Of a DNA stretch of 64,000 nt, positions 1 through 10,288 are shown piece by piece. Each line of letters begins with the position of its first letter. Position 1 is the first letter of the stretch. This DNA comes from Nitrospirae bacterium MYbin3 (GTDB taxonomy: Bacteria > Nitrospirota > Thermodesulfovibrionia > Thermodesulfovibrionales > Dissulfurispiraceae). The position numbers and the translations under genes are program-made. Location of the stretch: NCBI GenBank assembly GCA_002753335.1, contig PEAD01000015.1, positions 1 to 64,000 of the forward strand, written 5' to 3'. The notes beneath the pieces are model-generated. The model saw only the letters and a list, made by a program, of their open reading frames with translations, did not search any database and was not told where the DNA came from.

Positions 1-175
1 CAAAACAAATCTTGCAAGCTTGGAGTTAAAAACAAAAGGTTAAGGGCTGGCTACGATGACAATTACAGATCTGAAATTCTTAACCTTCAGGGAACGACAT
101 AGTGCGTTTGCCCTGGCTAATGTAACGGTCAATTGCGCTCTATCATTCAAAAAAACTATAATCCAGGCTGAACCA

Positions 176-2047
176 ATGAAGAAGAACATTGCAAATGTAA
201 CTGCTTCACCATTTTGGAGCAAGCCTGCTATTCATATGATTGTAATTGCACTTGTAGGCTTGTTTGTTTATTCTGAGACTTTTGATGCGCCTTTTCAGTG
301 GGATGAGAGAGAGTTTATTGCAAATAATCCAATAATTAAAAACCTGAGTTTTTTTGCTACCCCTTCTGCTGCAAAAGATCTTACATATTACGATGCACTT
401 AAACATAGATATATCGGGTATCTAACTTTTGCTTTGAATTACAAAATTCATGGCTACGATGTCTTTGGCTATCACATTTTTAATGTTTTTGTACACCTAA
501 TAAACGCCCTGCTCGTTTATGCGATTATACTGCTAAGCTTTAAAACTCCTAAAGCACAACCTATTGACAACGCAGAAATGCCTTATAGAATCGCAACTCT
601 TACATCTATTATATTCGTTGCCCACCCAATACAGACTGAAGCGATTACATACATTTTCCAACGACTCGCTTCTCTTGCCACTTTTTTTTACCTGCTTTCG
701 TTTGCTGCTTATATATATTCAAGATTATCACAGGCAAGCACAAAAAAAATTGGCTTTTACTTGCTATGTGTAATCTCCTGCATTGCAGGCATGAGGACAA
801 AAGAAATAATGTTTACCGCCCCTTTAATTATAACGCTCTTTGAGTTGATATTCTTTAGCGGAGGGTTTAAAAACCGTATCTTATTTCTCTTGCCTATTCT
901 TTCAACATTACTAATAATACCGCTTTCTCATCTCGGCACCGAAAGACCGACAACCGAAATTCTTACCGGAATTGTTTCAGTAGATGTCGGATACGCAAAA
1001 ATAGATAGGTTTCATTATTTCTTTACGCAGTTTGGTGTAATTATAGATTATATAAAGTTGTTGCTATTACCTATCAATCAATGCATAGACCATGATGTCA
1101 GACTAATTAAGCATTTCTGGACAGCTATGAATGTCGGTTCACTCTTTGTACTTATATTAATTTTTTCGGCTGGATTAAAATTATTAACAAAGCGTGATTT
1201 TATGAAAAAACTTGCGGGATTCGGCATAATCTGGTTTTTTATAACAATCTCCGTCGAATCAACAATAATACCGCTTCCAACAATTATGAACGAATATAGG
1301 GTTTATCTGCCTTCATTCGGATTTTTTACAGCCTTATCTGTTGGCTTGATAAAAATCAGTGATAAGCTACCCGTTGATGGTAGAAGCCGTTTTCTAGGTG
1401 CGATTCTTTTAATTTCTGTGCTTGCCGGCTCCTCATATGTAAGAAATGCTGTATGGACAAGCGATATAGCGCTTTGGGAAGATGCGACTATCAAAAGCCC
1501 GAAAAGACACCGCACCTTCAACAATCTGGGGAATGCCTACCTGCGCTCATTCCAGCCTGAAACAGCACTAATAAATTTCGACAAGGCTATAGAATTGTAT
1601 CCTGCAAATAATTTGCCGTATCACAGCAAGGCAGAAGCCTTCCTAATGATGGGCGAATTCGATAAGGCTGAAAAAAATTATAAAAAATCATTGCAGTTAA
1701 ATCCAAAATATTTTAAGAGTTATATAGGACTAGGACTTGTTGCAACATCAAGAGATTCTTACGACGAAGCAGAAGAATCCTATCTTTCGGCGCTTAAGCT
1801 AAACCCTATGTCTGCCCTTGCGCTTAACGGTATGGGGTTTATCCGTTTTAAACAAAAAAAATATAGTGAAGCTCACCAGTTTTTTGATAAAGCTATAATT
1901 TCCGATCCATTTTACGGGACAGCTTATTTAAATAAAGGCACACTATTTCTTGCGGAAGGCTTAAACCAAAATGCTCTTGAAGCTTTCAATAAAGGCTGTT
2001 CTCTTGGTAATAGTGATGCGTGCAAAAAAGTTAAGGCTTTGCGTTGA
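176..2047 (+). CDS. Multi-pass membrane protein (TMTC/GT-C glycosyltransferase-like) with C-terminal TPR repeats
   Basis: Has F-x-W-D-E/D near the N-terminus, HPIQTEAITYIFQR, EYRVYLPS and RNAVW...LWED, followed by TPR repeats. The ORF opens at 56; the ATG at 176 is the likelier start. Confidence 0.75.
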   Translation: MKKNIANVTASPFWSKPAIHMIVIALVGLFVYSETFDAPFQWDEREFIANNPIIKNLSFFATPSAAKDLTYYDALKHRYIGYLTFALNYKIHGYDVFGYHIFNVFVHLINALLVYAIILLSFKTPKAQPIDNAEMPYRIATLTSIIFVAHPIQTEAITYIFQRLASLATFFYLLSFAAYIYSRLSQASTKKIGFYLLCVISCIAGMRTKEIMFTAPLIITLFELIFFSGGFKNRILFLLPILSTLLIIPLSHLGTERPTTEILTGIVSVDVGYAKIDRFHYFFTQFGVIIDYIKLLLLPINQCIDHDVRLIKHFWTAMNVGSLFVLILIFSAGLKLLTKRDFMKKLAGFGIIWFFITISVESTIIPLPTIMNEYRVYLPSFGFFTALSVGLIKISDKLPVDGRSRFLGAILLISVLAGSSYVRNAVWTSDIALWEDATIKSPKRHRTFNNLGNAYLRSFQPETALINFDKAIELYPANNLPYHSKAEAFLMMGEFDKAEKNYKKSLQLNPKYFKSYIGLGLVATSRDSYDEAEESYLSALKLNPMSALALNGMGFIRFKQKKYSEAHQFFDKAIISDPFYGTAYLNKGTLFLAEGLNQNALEAFNKGCSLGNSDACKKVKALR

Positions 2048-2064
2048 TTTGTCTTCTAAAACAA

Positions 2065-2102
2065 ACAAAGGAGAGGAGGGCAAATGCCCTCCTCTCCTTT
2101 GT
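2065..2102. terminator. Bidirectional intrinsic terminator between convergent genes
   Basis: Perfect inverted repeat ACAAAGGAGAGGAGGGCA / TGCCCTCCTCTCCTTTGT. Confidence 0.8.
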
Positions 2103-2133
2103 ATTTGAAAACTAAATAATCGCTGTCGCTATT

Positions 2134-2919
2134 TTAGTGTTCTAGCACGTATCCAACCACACATTTATAGGTATTCGTGCCCGCTGCCATACCATCATTC
2201 CATGGCTTAAGCGCAGTAGTCAAATCTGCTCCATTAGTAGGTGCTCCTGGACCTGCAGTATCTGCATCAGCTGCAGTTGCGCACACAGCCAGATTTAAAA
2301 AACGACCCGCCTGACCGTCAGCAATTCCATCAATCATTGTATCTAAAGCTTGAGCAATGTCAATCGGAACATTTCTAAATACAACAAGATTCCTCTTATG
2401 ATTAGCTGTAGCTGATTCTTTTAATAAATAATAATAAAGGTAGGCGTTGATATTCTTAACTTTACCATAAACCTCACTATCAACAATACCTTGTCCAATG
2501 TTAACTCCGGTTACCTCACAAACAGCACGGTCTTCGATATTGCCGCTTTTTATGATTTCGCATGGATTTATTCCAGCACGGATTAAGACATCACGGATTG
2601 CTTTTCTTAAAGTATCAGTAGTTGAAGCGTCAATTCCATCCATAAGGCCATCCACAACCGTGGACCCAGTACCACCGCCACCATTTGAAGCTCCATCGCC
2701 CAAATTAGAACCAGTCTTGTCGTAATAGGTATCGGCCATTGACACCCATTTGCCTATAAAACCCTGATACAACTGCTTGGTCTGAGCGCTTCTCATAACA
2801 TCTTTGCCCTTCATAATCGCGCCCAAGATTATGCCGATAATAACAAGCACGATCGCCATTTCGATAAGGGTAAAGCCTTTTTCGCTTCCTAAAGCCAGTC
2901 TCTTATGCAACTTTCTCAT
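2134..2919 (-). CDS. Type IV prepilin-like protein (N-terminal cleavage/methylation motif), 261 aa
   Basis: Basic leader, then G|FTLIEMAIVLVIIGII with E at +5; GGAGG RBS upstream. Confidence 0.85.
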   Translation of the reverse strand: MRKLHKRLALGSEKGFTLIEMAIVLVIIGIILGAIMKGKDVMRSAQTKQLYQGFIGKWVSMADTYYDKTGSNLGDGASNGGGGTGSTVVDGLMDGIDASTTDTLRKAIRDVLIRAGINPCEIIKSGNIEDRAVCEVTGVNIGQGIVDSEVYGKVKNINAYLYYYLLKESATANHKRNLVVFRNVPIDIAQALDTMIDGIADGQAGRFLNLAVCATAADADTAGPGAPTNGADLTTALKPWNDGMAAGTNTYKCVVGYVLEH

Positions 2920-3059
2920 TTAAGCCTCCTATTTTTATTATTAAACAACATCTGAACTTCCCCCACCTCAATACTTTACTAAACAATCACCCCCTCATAA
3001 CGCAATTTCTTAACAGAAAATTAAATACTTCAAAAAATTAGTTCATCAAAGCGTTACTA

Positions 3060-3088
3060 ATTAAACCAGATTGCAATAATGTTGTCAA
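3060..3088 (-). promoter_or_regulatory. Putative sigma70 promoter for the prepilin gene
   Basis: Minus strand TTGACA-17 nt-TTTAAT with TG just upstream of the -10 element. Confidence 0.5.
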
Positions 3089-3224
3089 GGTTAATATGCT
3101 TTTGCAAAAAAAAAAAATGCAAATTTTGTACCTTGTCAGCAAGAATTTGTGTTATACTATTCGTCAAATCTTATTTGGATAATTTAGTTATAATTTCTGC
3201 CTGTTTAAATTAGTAGGAGGGGAT

Positions 3225-5483
3225 ATGAAGCGGAAGATAGTGACAACCTTTATTCTTTTAGCCTTTTTGCTTGTTTCGACATCTCAGGTCTTTGCTGAGG
3301 AACAGCCTATTGTAACCGCAATAGAGGTGAAGGGGCTTAAGCGCATAGAAGAAGGCGCAATAAGGGCACGGGTTTCCCAGAAAATCAGCACCCCTCTCTC
3401 GCAGGACAAGACAACCGAAGACATAAAAACAATCTACAAAATGGGCTATTTTGACAATGTAAAGGTTGACATAGAGCCCTTTGAAGGCGGAATAAAAATA
3501 GTTTATGTTGTGGCCGAAAAACCCACCATAGTTAAAATCGAGTTGCAAGGCAATAAAAAATACGACAACGACCAGTTGATGGAGAAGATTACTTTAACAG
3601 TCGGAGCGATAGCAGACATAAACCTGATAAACGACAATGCCGCAAAACTTAGGACTTATTACGAGGATGAGGGTTATTATCTTGCAACCGTAGTTCCTTT
3701 AGTAAGCAAGGCAAAAGATGGCGAGGTTGTCGTAACCTATCAAATTGAAGAGAACAAACAGGTCAAGATCAGAAACATTTCTATAATCGGAAATAGCGCC
3801 ATGTCCGAAAGAAAGATCAAAAAAACCATAAAAACAGAAGAGCGCGGCCTGTTTAAATTCTGGGGCGGTTATTTAAAGAAAGAGGAGTTGGCGTTAGATG
3901 TAATAAGAATTAAAGAGCTTTATTTCAACAATGGATACATAAAGGCTGCGGTGGCCGAACCAAAAGTGGAGCTTGATGAAGACAAAAGAGGCATGCGAAT
4001 CACTTTTACGGTATCTGAAGGTCAGCAGTTTAAAGTGTCGTCCGTTGATATTGCCGGCAACAAAGCTTTTTCGAAAGACGAGCTTAGTCAGTTGATCAAG
4101 CTGGCCCCGAAAACAATCTTTAACAAAAAGAAGATGACAGCAGATGTTGCGGCGCTTTCTGATAAATACGCGGACAATGGCTATGCCCTTTCGTCCATAA
4201 CACCTGATCTTGTTCCTAACGATGAGACCCGCGAAACAAAAGTTATCTACAGGATTGAAGAAGGCGACAAATACAGGATGGGACGAGTCGAGATTTCGGG
4301 CAACACTAAAACCAGAGACAAGGTTATACGGAGAGAGGTAAGGGTTGACGAGGGCGAAACATATTCAGCCTCAAAGATAAAGAGAAGTGAAGAAAGGCTG
4401 AAAAACCTTCAGTTTTTCGAAACTGTTGACATGGCCCAAAAACCAAAGCAGGAAGACAAGAGCGTAGATCTTGACGTAAAGGTAAAAGAGAAAAACACCG
4501 GATTCCTGAGCATCGGCGGAGGTTACAGCTCTGTTGATAAACTTGTGGCGATGGTTGACATTACGCAGGGCAACCTCTTTGGAAAAGGCCAGCTCATAAA
4601 ATTGCGCGGTGAGCTTGGCGCCAGAAGCACCTTCTACGAACTGGCTTTCAGAGATCCATATTTCCTTGACTATCCCGTGTCTTTTGGAACCAGCCTTTAC
4701 AGGTCTTACAGAGATTACGGAAACTATGAAAGGCGGTCAACAGGGTTCGATGTTTCACTCGGTAAAAGCTTTTGGGAGTATTGGGGCGCATCTGTTACTT
4801 ATGGTTTAGATGTTTCGACCATTTCTAATGTCAGAGAAGACGCGTCGCAGTATGTTAAGGATCAGTCCGGAGAAAAAACAACCAGCAGCGTAAGCTATTC
4901 TGTCGGCAGGGATACCAGAGACAATCACCTTGACCCTACTAAAGGCTCAAAGATTGCCTTGTATGAAACGTTTGCTGGCTTGGGCGGGACCAACGCCTTT
5001 GCAAAGGCGTTGATAGATGCGGGTTCGTTTCATCCAATACCTATTTTTGAAGATACGCCTACCACATATCACATACGAGGAAGGGCAGGAACAGCAGGCG
5101 GCATTCTCGGAAAACAGCTACCCATCTATGAAAAATATTACATAGGCGGAATAAACACTGTGCGCGGCCTTGGATACGGCGATGGCGGTCCTAAAGACCC
5201 GAACGGCGAGCCTATCGGCGGATTCAGAGAGCTGATTATAAATAATGAAATCATATTCCCTATCGTGCCTGAACTGCGCTTTAAGGGTGTTGTGTTTTAT
5301 GATATGGGCAGAGCTTATGGCGATGGCGAAGCATTTGGAACATCACTTAGGCGGACTGCAGGAGCTGGCATTAGATGGATGTCGCCCATAGGGCCTCTGA
5401 GAATTGAATGGGGCAACAATCTCTCGCCGAAGAAAGGCGAGGCGGGCAGTAAAATGGAATTTACTTTTGGATCATTCTTTTAA
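3225..5483 (+). CDS. bamA: Outer membrane protein assembly factor BamA
   Basis: Signal peptide, POTRA repeats (GNTKTRDKVIRRE), VRGL motif, C-terminal Phe; sits upstream of skp-lpxD. Confidence 0.95.
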   Translation: MKRKIVTTFILLAFLLVSTSQVFAEEQPIVTAIEVKGLKRIEEGAIRARVSQKISTPLSQDKTTEDIKTIYKMGYFDNVKVDIEPFEGGIKIVYVVAEKPTIVKIELQGNKKYDNDQLMEKITLTVGAIADINLINDNAAKLRTYYEDEGYYLATVVPLVSKAKDGEVVVTYQIEENKQVKIRNISIIGNSAMSERKIKKTIKTEERGLFKFWGGYLKKEELALDVIRIKELYFNNGYIKAAVAEPKVELDEDKRGMRITFTVSEGQQFKVSSVDIAGNKAFSKDELSQLIKLAPKTIFNKKKMTADVAALSDKYADNGYALSSITPDLVPNDETRETKVIYRIEEGDKYRMGRVEISGNTKTRDKVIRREVRVDEGETYSASKIKRSEERLKNLQFFETVDMAQKPKQEDKSVDLDVKVKEKNTGFLSIGGGYSSVDKLVAMVDITQGNLFGKGQLIKLRGELGARSTFYELAFRDPYFLDYPVSFGTSLYRSYRDYGNYERRSTGFDVSLGKSFWEYWGASVTYGLDVSTISNVREDASQYVKDQSGEKTTSSVSYSVGRDTRDNHLDPTKGSKIALYETFAGLGGTNAFAKALIDAGSFHPIPIFEDTPTTYHIRGRAGTAGGILGKQLPIYEKYYIGGINTVRGLGYGDGGPKDPNGEPIGGFRELIINNEIIFPIVPELRFKGVVFYDMGRAYGDGEAFGTSLRRTAGAGIRWMSPIGPLRIEWGNNLSPKKGEAGSKMEFTFGSFF

Positions 5484-5516
5484 AAAAAATAATAATCAAT
5501 CAATCGGAGGATAGTA

Positions 5517-6056
5517 ATGAAAAGATTTGTTTCAGTTGTTTGTGCAATAACGGTTATCTTAGCAGTCGGGCTTGCTTCTGTTGCAAGCGCCGCCGACATA
5601 AAAATAGGCGTAGTTGATGTAAGAAAGGCTTTATTTGAGTCAGAGGCAGGCAAACGGGCAGCAGCAGACCTCGATGTTCTTGTAAAAGCAAAGCAGGCGA
5701 CCATAGATGAAAAGGCCAAGGCCATTGATAAGGTTAAGGCTGACCTTGAAAGAAAGGCTTCGGCAATGTCTGCTGATGCGAGAAAGGCTCAGGAAGCAGA
5801 AATGGAGCGTCTAGTGAGGGACTATCAGAGAATTGCTACCGATTCTCAGGCTGACCTCAAGAAGAAAGAAGCTGAGCTCAGTGATGATATCCTGAAAGAG
5901 ATTTTTGACGTGATTAACAAACTCGCGCAGGAAGATAAGTATTCGCTCATAGTAGAAAAGCTTTCAGGCATTGTTTACAATGACAAGGCTTTGGACATAA
6001 CCGAAAAAGTTATAGCACGATATAACGAATCAAAAAAGGCGGCTCCGGCGAAATAA
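5517..6056 (+). CDS. skp: OmpH/Skp periplasmic chaperone
   Basis: KIGVVDV...SEAGK N-terminus, coiled coil, DITEKVI C-terminus; synteny. Confidence 0.9.
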   Translation: MKRFVSVVCAITVILAVGLASVASAADIKIGVVDVRKALFESEAGKRAAADLDVLVKAKQATIDEKAKAIDKVKADLERKASAMSADARKAQEAEMERLVRDYQRIATDSQADLKKKEAELSDDILKEIFDVINKLAQEDKYSLIVEKLSGIVYNDKALDITEKVIARYNESKKAAPAK

Positions 6057-6078
6057 GTTGAAAAATAAGCCGCTCTTT

Positions 6079-6244
6079 TTCTAAAAAAGCTTTACCACAG
6101 AGAGCACGGAGGAAAAACTTTGATTTACAAACAAAGAACTGAACACAGAGCAAACGCCCAAAAGAAGAATTGGGAAACCTCTGCGAACTCTTACCATATC
6201 ATGCTTTCTCTGAGTACTCTGTGGTTCAACTGCCGTTTTTAGAA
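6079..6244. repeat. MITE-like intergenic element with imperfect terminal inverted repeats
   Basis: TTCTAAAAA..ACCACAGAG at the left end and CTCTGTGGT..TTTTTAGAA at the right end. Confidence 0.5.
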
Positions 6245-7284
6245 TGAAACTTTCAGAAATTGCCGCATTGGTAAATGGTTCAATTAAAGGCGACGCTGAC
6301 CTTTTAATAACCGGCGTTGCAGGAATATCGAACGCAGTTCATGGCGACATCACGTTCCTTGCAAATGCAAAGGCCTTGAAAGAGCTCAAAAGCTCAAAGG
6401 CTTCTGCGGTGCTTGTAAACAAAGAAACAGAAGGGTTCGAGCAGGCTCAGGTTATAGTAAAAAATCCGCAGTATGCCTTTGCACAGTTATTAGAAAAGTT
6501 TCATCCTGCAATACATTCATGGAGAGGTATCAGCAAGGATGCGTTTGTATCCGAAAAAGCTGTTCTTGATAAGGATGTAACAATTTATCCGTTTGCTTTT
6601 ATAAGTGATGATGTAAAGATTGGATCCGGAACCGTAATATATCCGGGTGTCTTTATTGGCACAGGCAGTTCTGTTGGAAGCAACTGCACAATTTATCCCA
6701 ACTCAACTATCAGAGAAGGGATAACAATAGGCAACAATGTGATTCTGCATGCCGGTTCGGTTATCGGCGCAGACGGGTTCGGCTATGTTTTTGAGAACGG
6801 CAAGCATAACAAAATTCCGCAAGTCGGCGGCGTAGTGATTGAGGACGATGTTGAGATAGGTGCGAACACCGCAATAGACAGGGCAACTACCGGAAACACT
6901 CTTATTGGTAAAGGCACCAAGATAGACAACCTGATACAGATAGGCCATAATGTGCGTGTAGGAAAACAGGTTATACTTGTTGCTCAAACCGGCATAGGCG
7001 GAAGCTCCGAAATAGGGGATGGGGTACTTATAGGCGGACAGGTAGCAGTAGCTGACCATACAAACGTTCAGGCCGGAGCGATGATAGGAGCAAGAGCCGG
7101 ATTGATGGGCAATGTGCCGAAAGGCATATTCTCTGGAGCTCCGGCAATCCCGCACAGAGATTGGCTAAAAAGCTGCGCAGTATTCGCAGTGCTGCCGGAA
7201 TTAAAAAAGAGAGTTGCCGAGCTTGAAGAAAAAATAAAACAGTTCGGTTCTGACAAAATAGAAAAAACTGACAATAAGCAGTAA
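6244..7284 (+). CDS. lpxD: UDP-3-O-(3-hydroxyacyl)glucosamine N-acyltransferase
   Basis: Hexapeptide repeats, [21 protein letters not shown]. Confidence 0.95.
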   Translation: MKLSEIAALVNGSIKGDADLLITGVAGISNAVHGDITFLANAKALKELKSSKASAVLVNKETEGFEQAQVIVKNPQYAFAQLLEKFHPAIHSWRGISKDAFVSEKAVLDKDVTIYPFAFISDDVKIGSGTVIYPGVFIGTGSSVGSNCTIYPNSTIREGITIGNNVILHAGSVIGADGFGYVFENGKHNKIPQVGGVVIEDDVEIGANTAIDRATTGNTLIGKGTKIDNLIQIGHNVRVGKQVILVAQTGIGGSSEIGDGVLIGGQVAVADHTNVQAGAMIGARAGLMGNVPKGIFSGAPAIPHRDWLKSCAVFAVLPELKKRVAELEEKIKQFGSDKIEKTDNKQ

Positions 7285-7300
7285 AGATTTTGGAGGCAAT

Positions 7301-7732
7301 ATGATAGACATCAAAGAGATTTTATCGCTTCTTCCGCACAGGTATCCGTTTCTGCTTGTGGATAAAGTTCTTGAATTAACCGAAAACAAGTCAGCGATCG
7401 GAATAAAAAATGTGACGATCAACGAACCGTTCTTTGTGGGTCACTTTCCCGGACAACCAGTAATGCCGGGCGTGCTTATAGTTGAGGCTATGGCCCAGTT
7501 GGCAGGAATACTCGCGTTTAAGTCCGGCGTAGCCGGAACCTCGGTCTATTTTATGAGCATGGATAAGGTCAAGTTCAGAAAGCCGGTGTTTCCCGGCGAC
7601 CAGCTAAGATTAGAAGTGACCGTCACGCATATGCGGGGCAATGTTTGGAAATTCGCTGCCACCGCAACAGTTGAGGGGCAGCTAAAGTCAGAGGCGGAGT
7701 TCACAGCTATGGTCTCTGACAAGAAACTTTAG
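7301..7732 (+). CDS. fabZ: 3-hydroxyacyl-ACP dehydratase
   Basis: [11 protein letters not shown] and [20 protein letters not shown]. Confidence 0.97.
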   Translation: MIDIKEILSLLPHRYPFLLVDKVLELTENKSAIGIKNVTINEPFFVGHFPGQPVMPGVLIVEAMAQLAGILAFKSGVAGTSVYFMSMDKVKFRKPVFPGDQLRLEVTVTHMRGNVWKFAATATVEGQLKSEAEFTAMVSDKKL

Positions 7733-7740
7733 GAGGAGAT

Positions 7741-8520
7741 ATGTCGAAGAAAATAGATAAAAGCTCACTGGTAAGCAAAAAAGCGAAGATAGGCAGCAAT
7801 GTTGAAATCGGGCCTTTTTGCATAATAGGCGACGGGGTCGAGATCAAAAAGGGCACGAAGTTAATATCTAACGTTGTTGTGGAAGGGAATACCGTAATAG
7901 GCGAAAACTGCACCATCTATCCTTTTACATCTATAGGTTTTCCTCCTCAGGACCTCAAATATAAAGATGAGAAAACAGGGCTGACAATAGGGGACAACAA
8001 CATCATAAGGGAATATGTTTCTATCCACCGCGCCTCTGTAGGCGGGGACGGATTTACAACCGTCGGGGACAACAACTTCCTGACCGCATATGTACACATA
8101 GCGCATGACTGCAAAATAGGAAACAATATCGTTATAGCCAGTGCAACAGCGCTTGCCGGGCATGTGCATGTTGAAGACTTTGCGTATATCGGTGGTGTTA
8201 CAGCGATACATCAGTTTACGCGTATAGGCACACACTCTATGGTTGGCGGGTTCAGCGGCATCGGGCAGGATATCCCTCCATACACTATAGCGTCGGGATC
8301 GAGAGCCAAGCTTTATGGTCTGAATGTAATCGGACTTAAAAGACGAGGCTTTTCTGAAGAAACCATAAACGATCTCAAAAAAGCCTACAAGATTCTTTTC
8401 AGAGAAAAAAGAACGCTGAAAGATGCGCTGAAAAAGATAAAATCCGAGCTGCCCGAGACCGAGACCATAAACAATCTGGTCGAGTTTATCGAAAAGAACA
8501 AACGCGGCATATGCAGATAG
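7741..8520 (+). CDS. lpxA: UDP-N-acetylglucosamine O-acyltransferase
   Basis: PQDLKY, HIAHDC, HQFTRIG, GLKRRGF. Confidence 0.95.
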   Translation: MSKKIDKSSLVSKKAKIGSNVEIGPFCIIGDGVEIKKGTKLISNVVVEGNTVIGENCTIYPFTSIGFPPQDLKYKDEKTGLTIGDNNIIREYVSIHRASVGGDGFTTVGDNNFLTAYVHIAHDCKIGNNIVIASATALAGHVHVEDFAYIGGVTAIHQFTRIGTHSMVGGFSGIGQDIPPYTIASGSRAKLYGLNVIGLKRRGFSEETINDLKKAYKILFREKRTLKDALKKIKSELPETETINNLVEFIEKNKRGICR

Positions 8521-9329
8521 GCATCATTGCGGGAACAGGAGAGCTCCCGGTAATAATAGCCAGAGATGCTCAGGAGCGTGGATACAGTGTTGTTACCGTA
8601 GCGCTTGAAGGCTTGGCTTCAGAAGCGATGAATCAGGTTTCTAACCACATTTCATGGGTTAATGTCGGGAAGCTCGGCGACCTTATAGAAACATTAACAA
8701 AAGCAAAAGTCACGCAGGCAATACTCGCCGGCAAAGTGCCGAAATCGCTTATCTACAAATCAAAAGTAATCCCTGACTTCAGGGCTGTTAAGCTTCTTTT
8801 TTCCCTCAAGGACAAGAGTGATGATTCTATACTTAATGCGATAACAGACGAGCTGGAAAAAGAGGGAGTAAGCATTATTGATACGGCTTCGTTCAGCCCA
8901 AACCTGCTTACGCCCGAAGGAACACTCACAAAAACAAAACCCACGGATGATGAATGGAAGGATATAAAATTCGGATGGCGCATCGCCCGGGAAATAGGAA
9001 AATTAGATATAGGCCAGACTATTGTTGTCAAAGGCCGAGCGGTCATGGCTATTGAGGCTATCGAGGGAACCGATGAAGCTATAATCCGAGGCGGCAAGTG
9101 GTGTGAAGAAGGCGCGGTTGTTATTAAGGTAAGCAAGCCCCAGCAGAACATGAAGCTGGATGTGCCGGTTGTTGGCACAGATACATTGAAAAGCATGTCG
9201 TCGGTAAAAGCAAGAATCCTCGCGATTGAGGCAGGCAGAAGCATAATCATAAACAGAGACGGTTTTGTCAAAGAGGCTGAAGAAAAAGGCATAACCGTAG
9301 TGGGTTACAAAGGAAATCCGGACAACTAA
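8511..9329 (+). CDS. lpxI: UDP-2,3-diacylglucosamine pyrophosphatase LpxI
   Basis: GIIAGTGELP, DIGQ, AIEAIEGTD, KPQQ...DVPVVG. Confidence 0.9.
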   Translation: MQIGIIAGTGELPVIIARDAQERGYSVVTVALEGLASEAMNQVSNHISWVNVGKLGDLIETLTKAKVTQAILAGKVPKSLIYKSKVIPDFRAVKLLFSLKDKSDDSILNAITDELEKEGVSIIDTASFSPNLLTPEGTLTKTKPTDDEWKDIKFGWRIAREIGKLDIGQTIVVKGRAVMAIEAIEGTDEAIIRGGKWCEEGAVVIKVSKPQQNMKLDVPVVGTDTLKSMSSVKARILAIEAGRSIIINRDGFVKEAEEKGITVVGYKGNPDN

Positions 9330-9334
9330 ATTTT

Positions 9335-10288
9335 ATGACTTACGCTGAAGCTCTAAAAGACGGATTCAAAACCGTACACAAAAACTGGCAACTGGCACTG
9401 ATTCAGTTCCTTTCGATGATTGTCAGCTTCATTAGTTTTTTCATCATAGTCGGCACGCCCATAGGCATAGCATTTATCTTATTTGGGCTCGACCTGACAG
9501 AGATACTCAAAATGAGCGATGTATTCAGCGCCTTTAGAGACTCGGCAGAACTTCTCAAAAAATATTTCGCGATGGCGATAGTGATTATACTCAGCCTATT
9601 GGCATACCTCAGCTTTATAGTAGTGCTTTGGACATTTACCTTTGGCGGAATAATAGGCGTAATTACCGACAACATATTTGATGAAAAGCAGCGTTTCAGC
9701 TTTAAAATCTTCATAAGCGACGGCAAAAGATATTTCTTTCCGGTTTTTATTTTCTCGGCCGTCATAGGCATTATTTTCATAGTCATCTCATTTGTACTTG
9801 TAATCCTTGGTGGAATATCCTCCTCGATAATCGAGATCGCAAAAAGCGAGGAGGTCACATTTGCCCTTTTCCTCGGGGTCTTTTTTTCGCTGATACTCGT
9901 TTCGGCCGGTCTTTTCCTGATCCTTGTCACTCTGGCTATAACGGTTTACGGTATAGCAACGCTTGCATTTAAAAGCACAAAATCTTTCGAGACCCTTAAG
10001 GTTACGATCAAGTATCTTATATCAACACCTTCCGCAATATGGTTTTACGGCTTATTGATGGCAGGATATGCGCTCGTAAGTCTTTTGTTCATGCTGATCG
10101 GCTCACCCATAACATTTATTCCTTTCATCGGCCCGCTGCTTGCGGTGCCTTATCATCTGCTCATGTATCTTGTACAGGGGTATTTCGGATTAATTACGAT
10201 AGCCTCGGCGTTTCATTATTACCACAGGACGGCTTTCATAGCTCCGGTTGAAAAGATTGATATGCCGGAACATGTTGAGGAGGTTTAG
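9335..10288 (+). CDS. Polytopic membrane protein of unknown function
   Basis: About 6-7 hydrophobic segments; stop codon directly abuts the gltX start. Confidence 0.7.
   Translation: MTYAEALKDGFKTVHKNWQLALIQFLSMIVSFISFFIIVGTPIGIAFILFGLDLTEILKMSDVFSAFRDSAELLKKYFAMAIVIILSLLAYLSFIVVLWTFTFGGIIGVITDNIFDEKQRFSFKIFISDGKRYFFPVFIFSAVIGIIFIVISFVLVILGGISSSIIEIAKSEEVTFALFLGVFFSLILVSAGLFLILVTLAITVYGIATLAFKSTKSFETLKVTIKYLISTPSAIWFYGLLMAGYALVSLLFMLIGSPITFIPFIGPLLAVPYHLLMYLVQGYFGLITIASAFHYYHRTAFIAPVEKIDMPEHVEEV

Noticed and set aside
2..43. 3' end of an upstream gene (KTNLASLELKTKG-stop)
   Set aside because: Too short to support an assignment.
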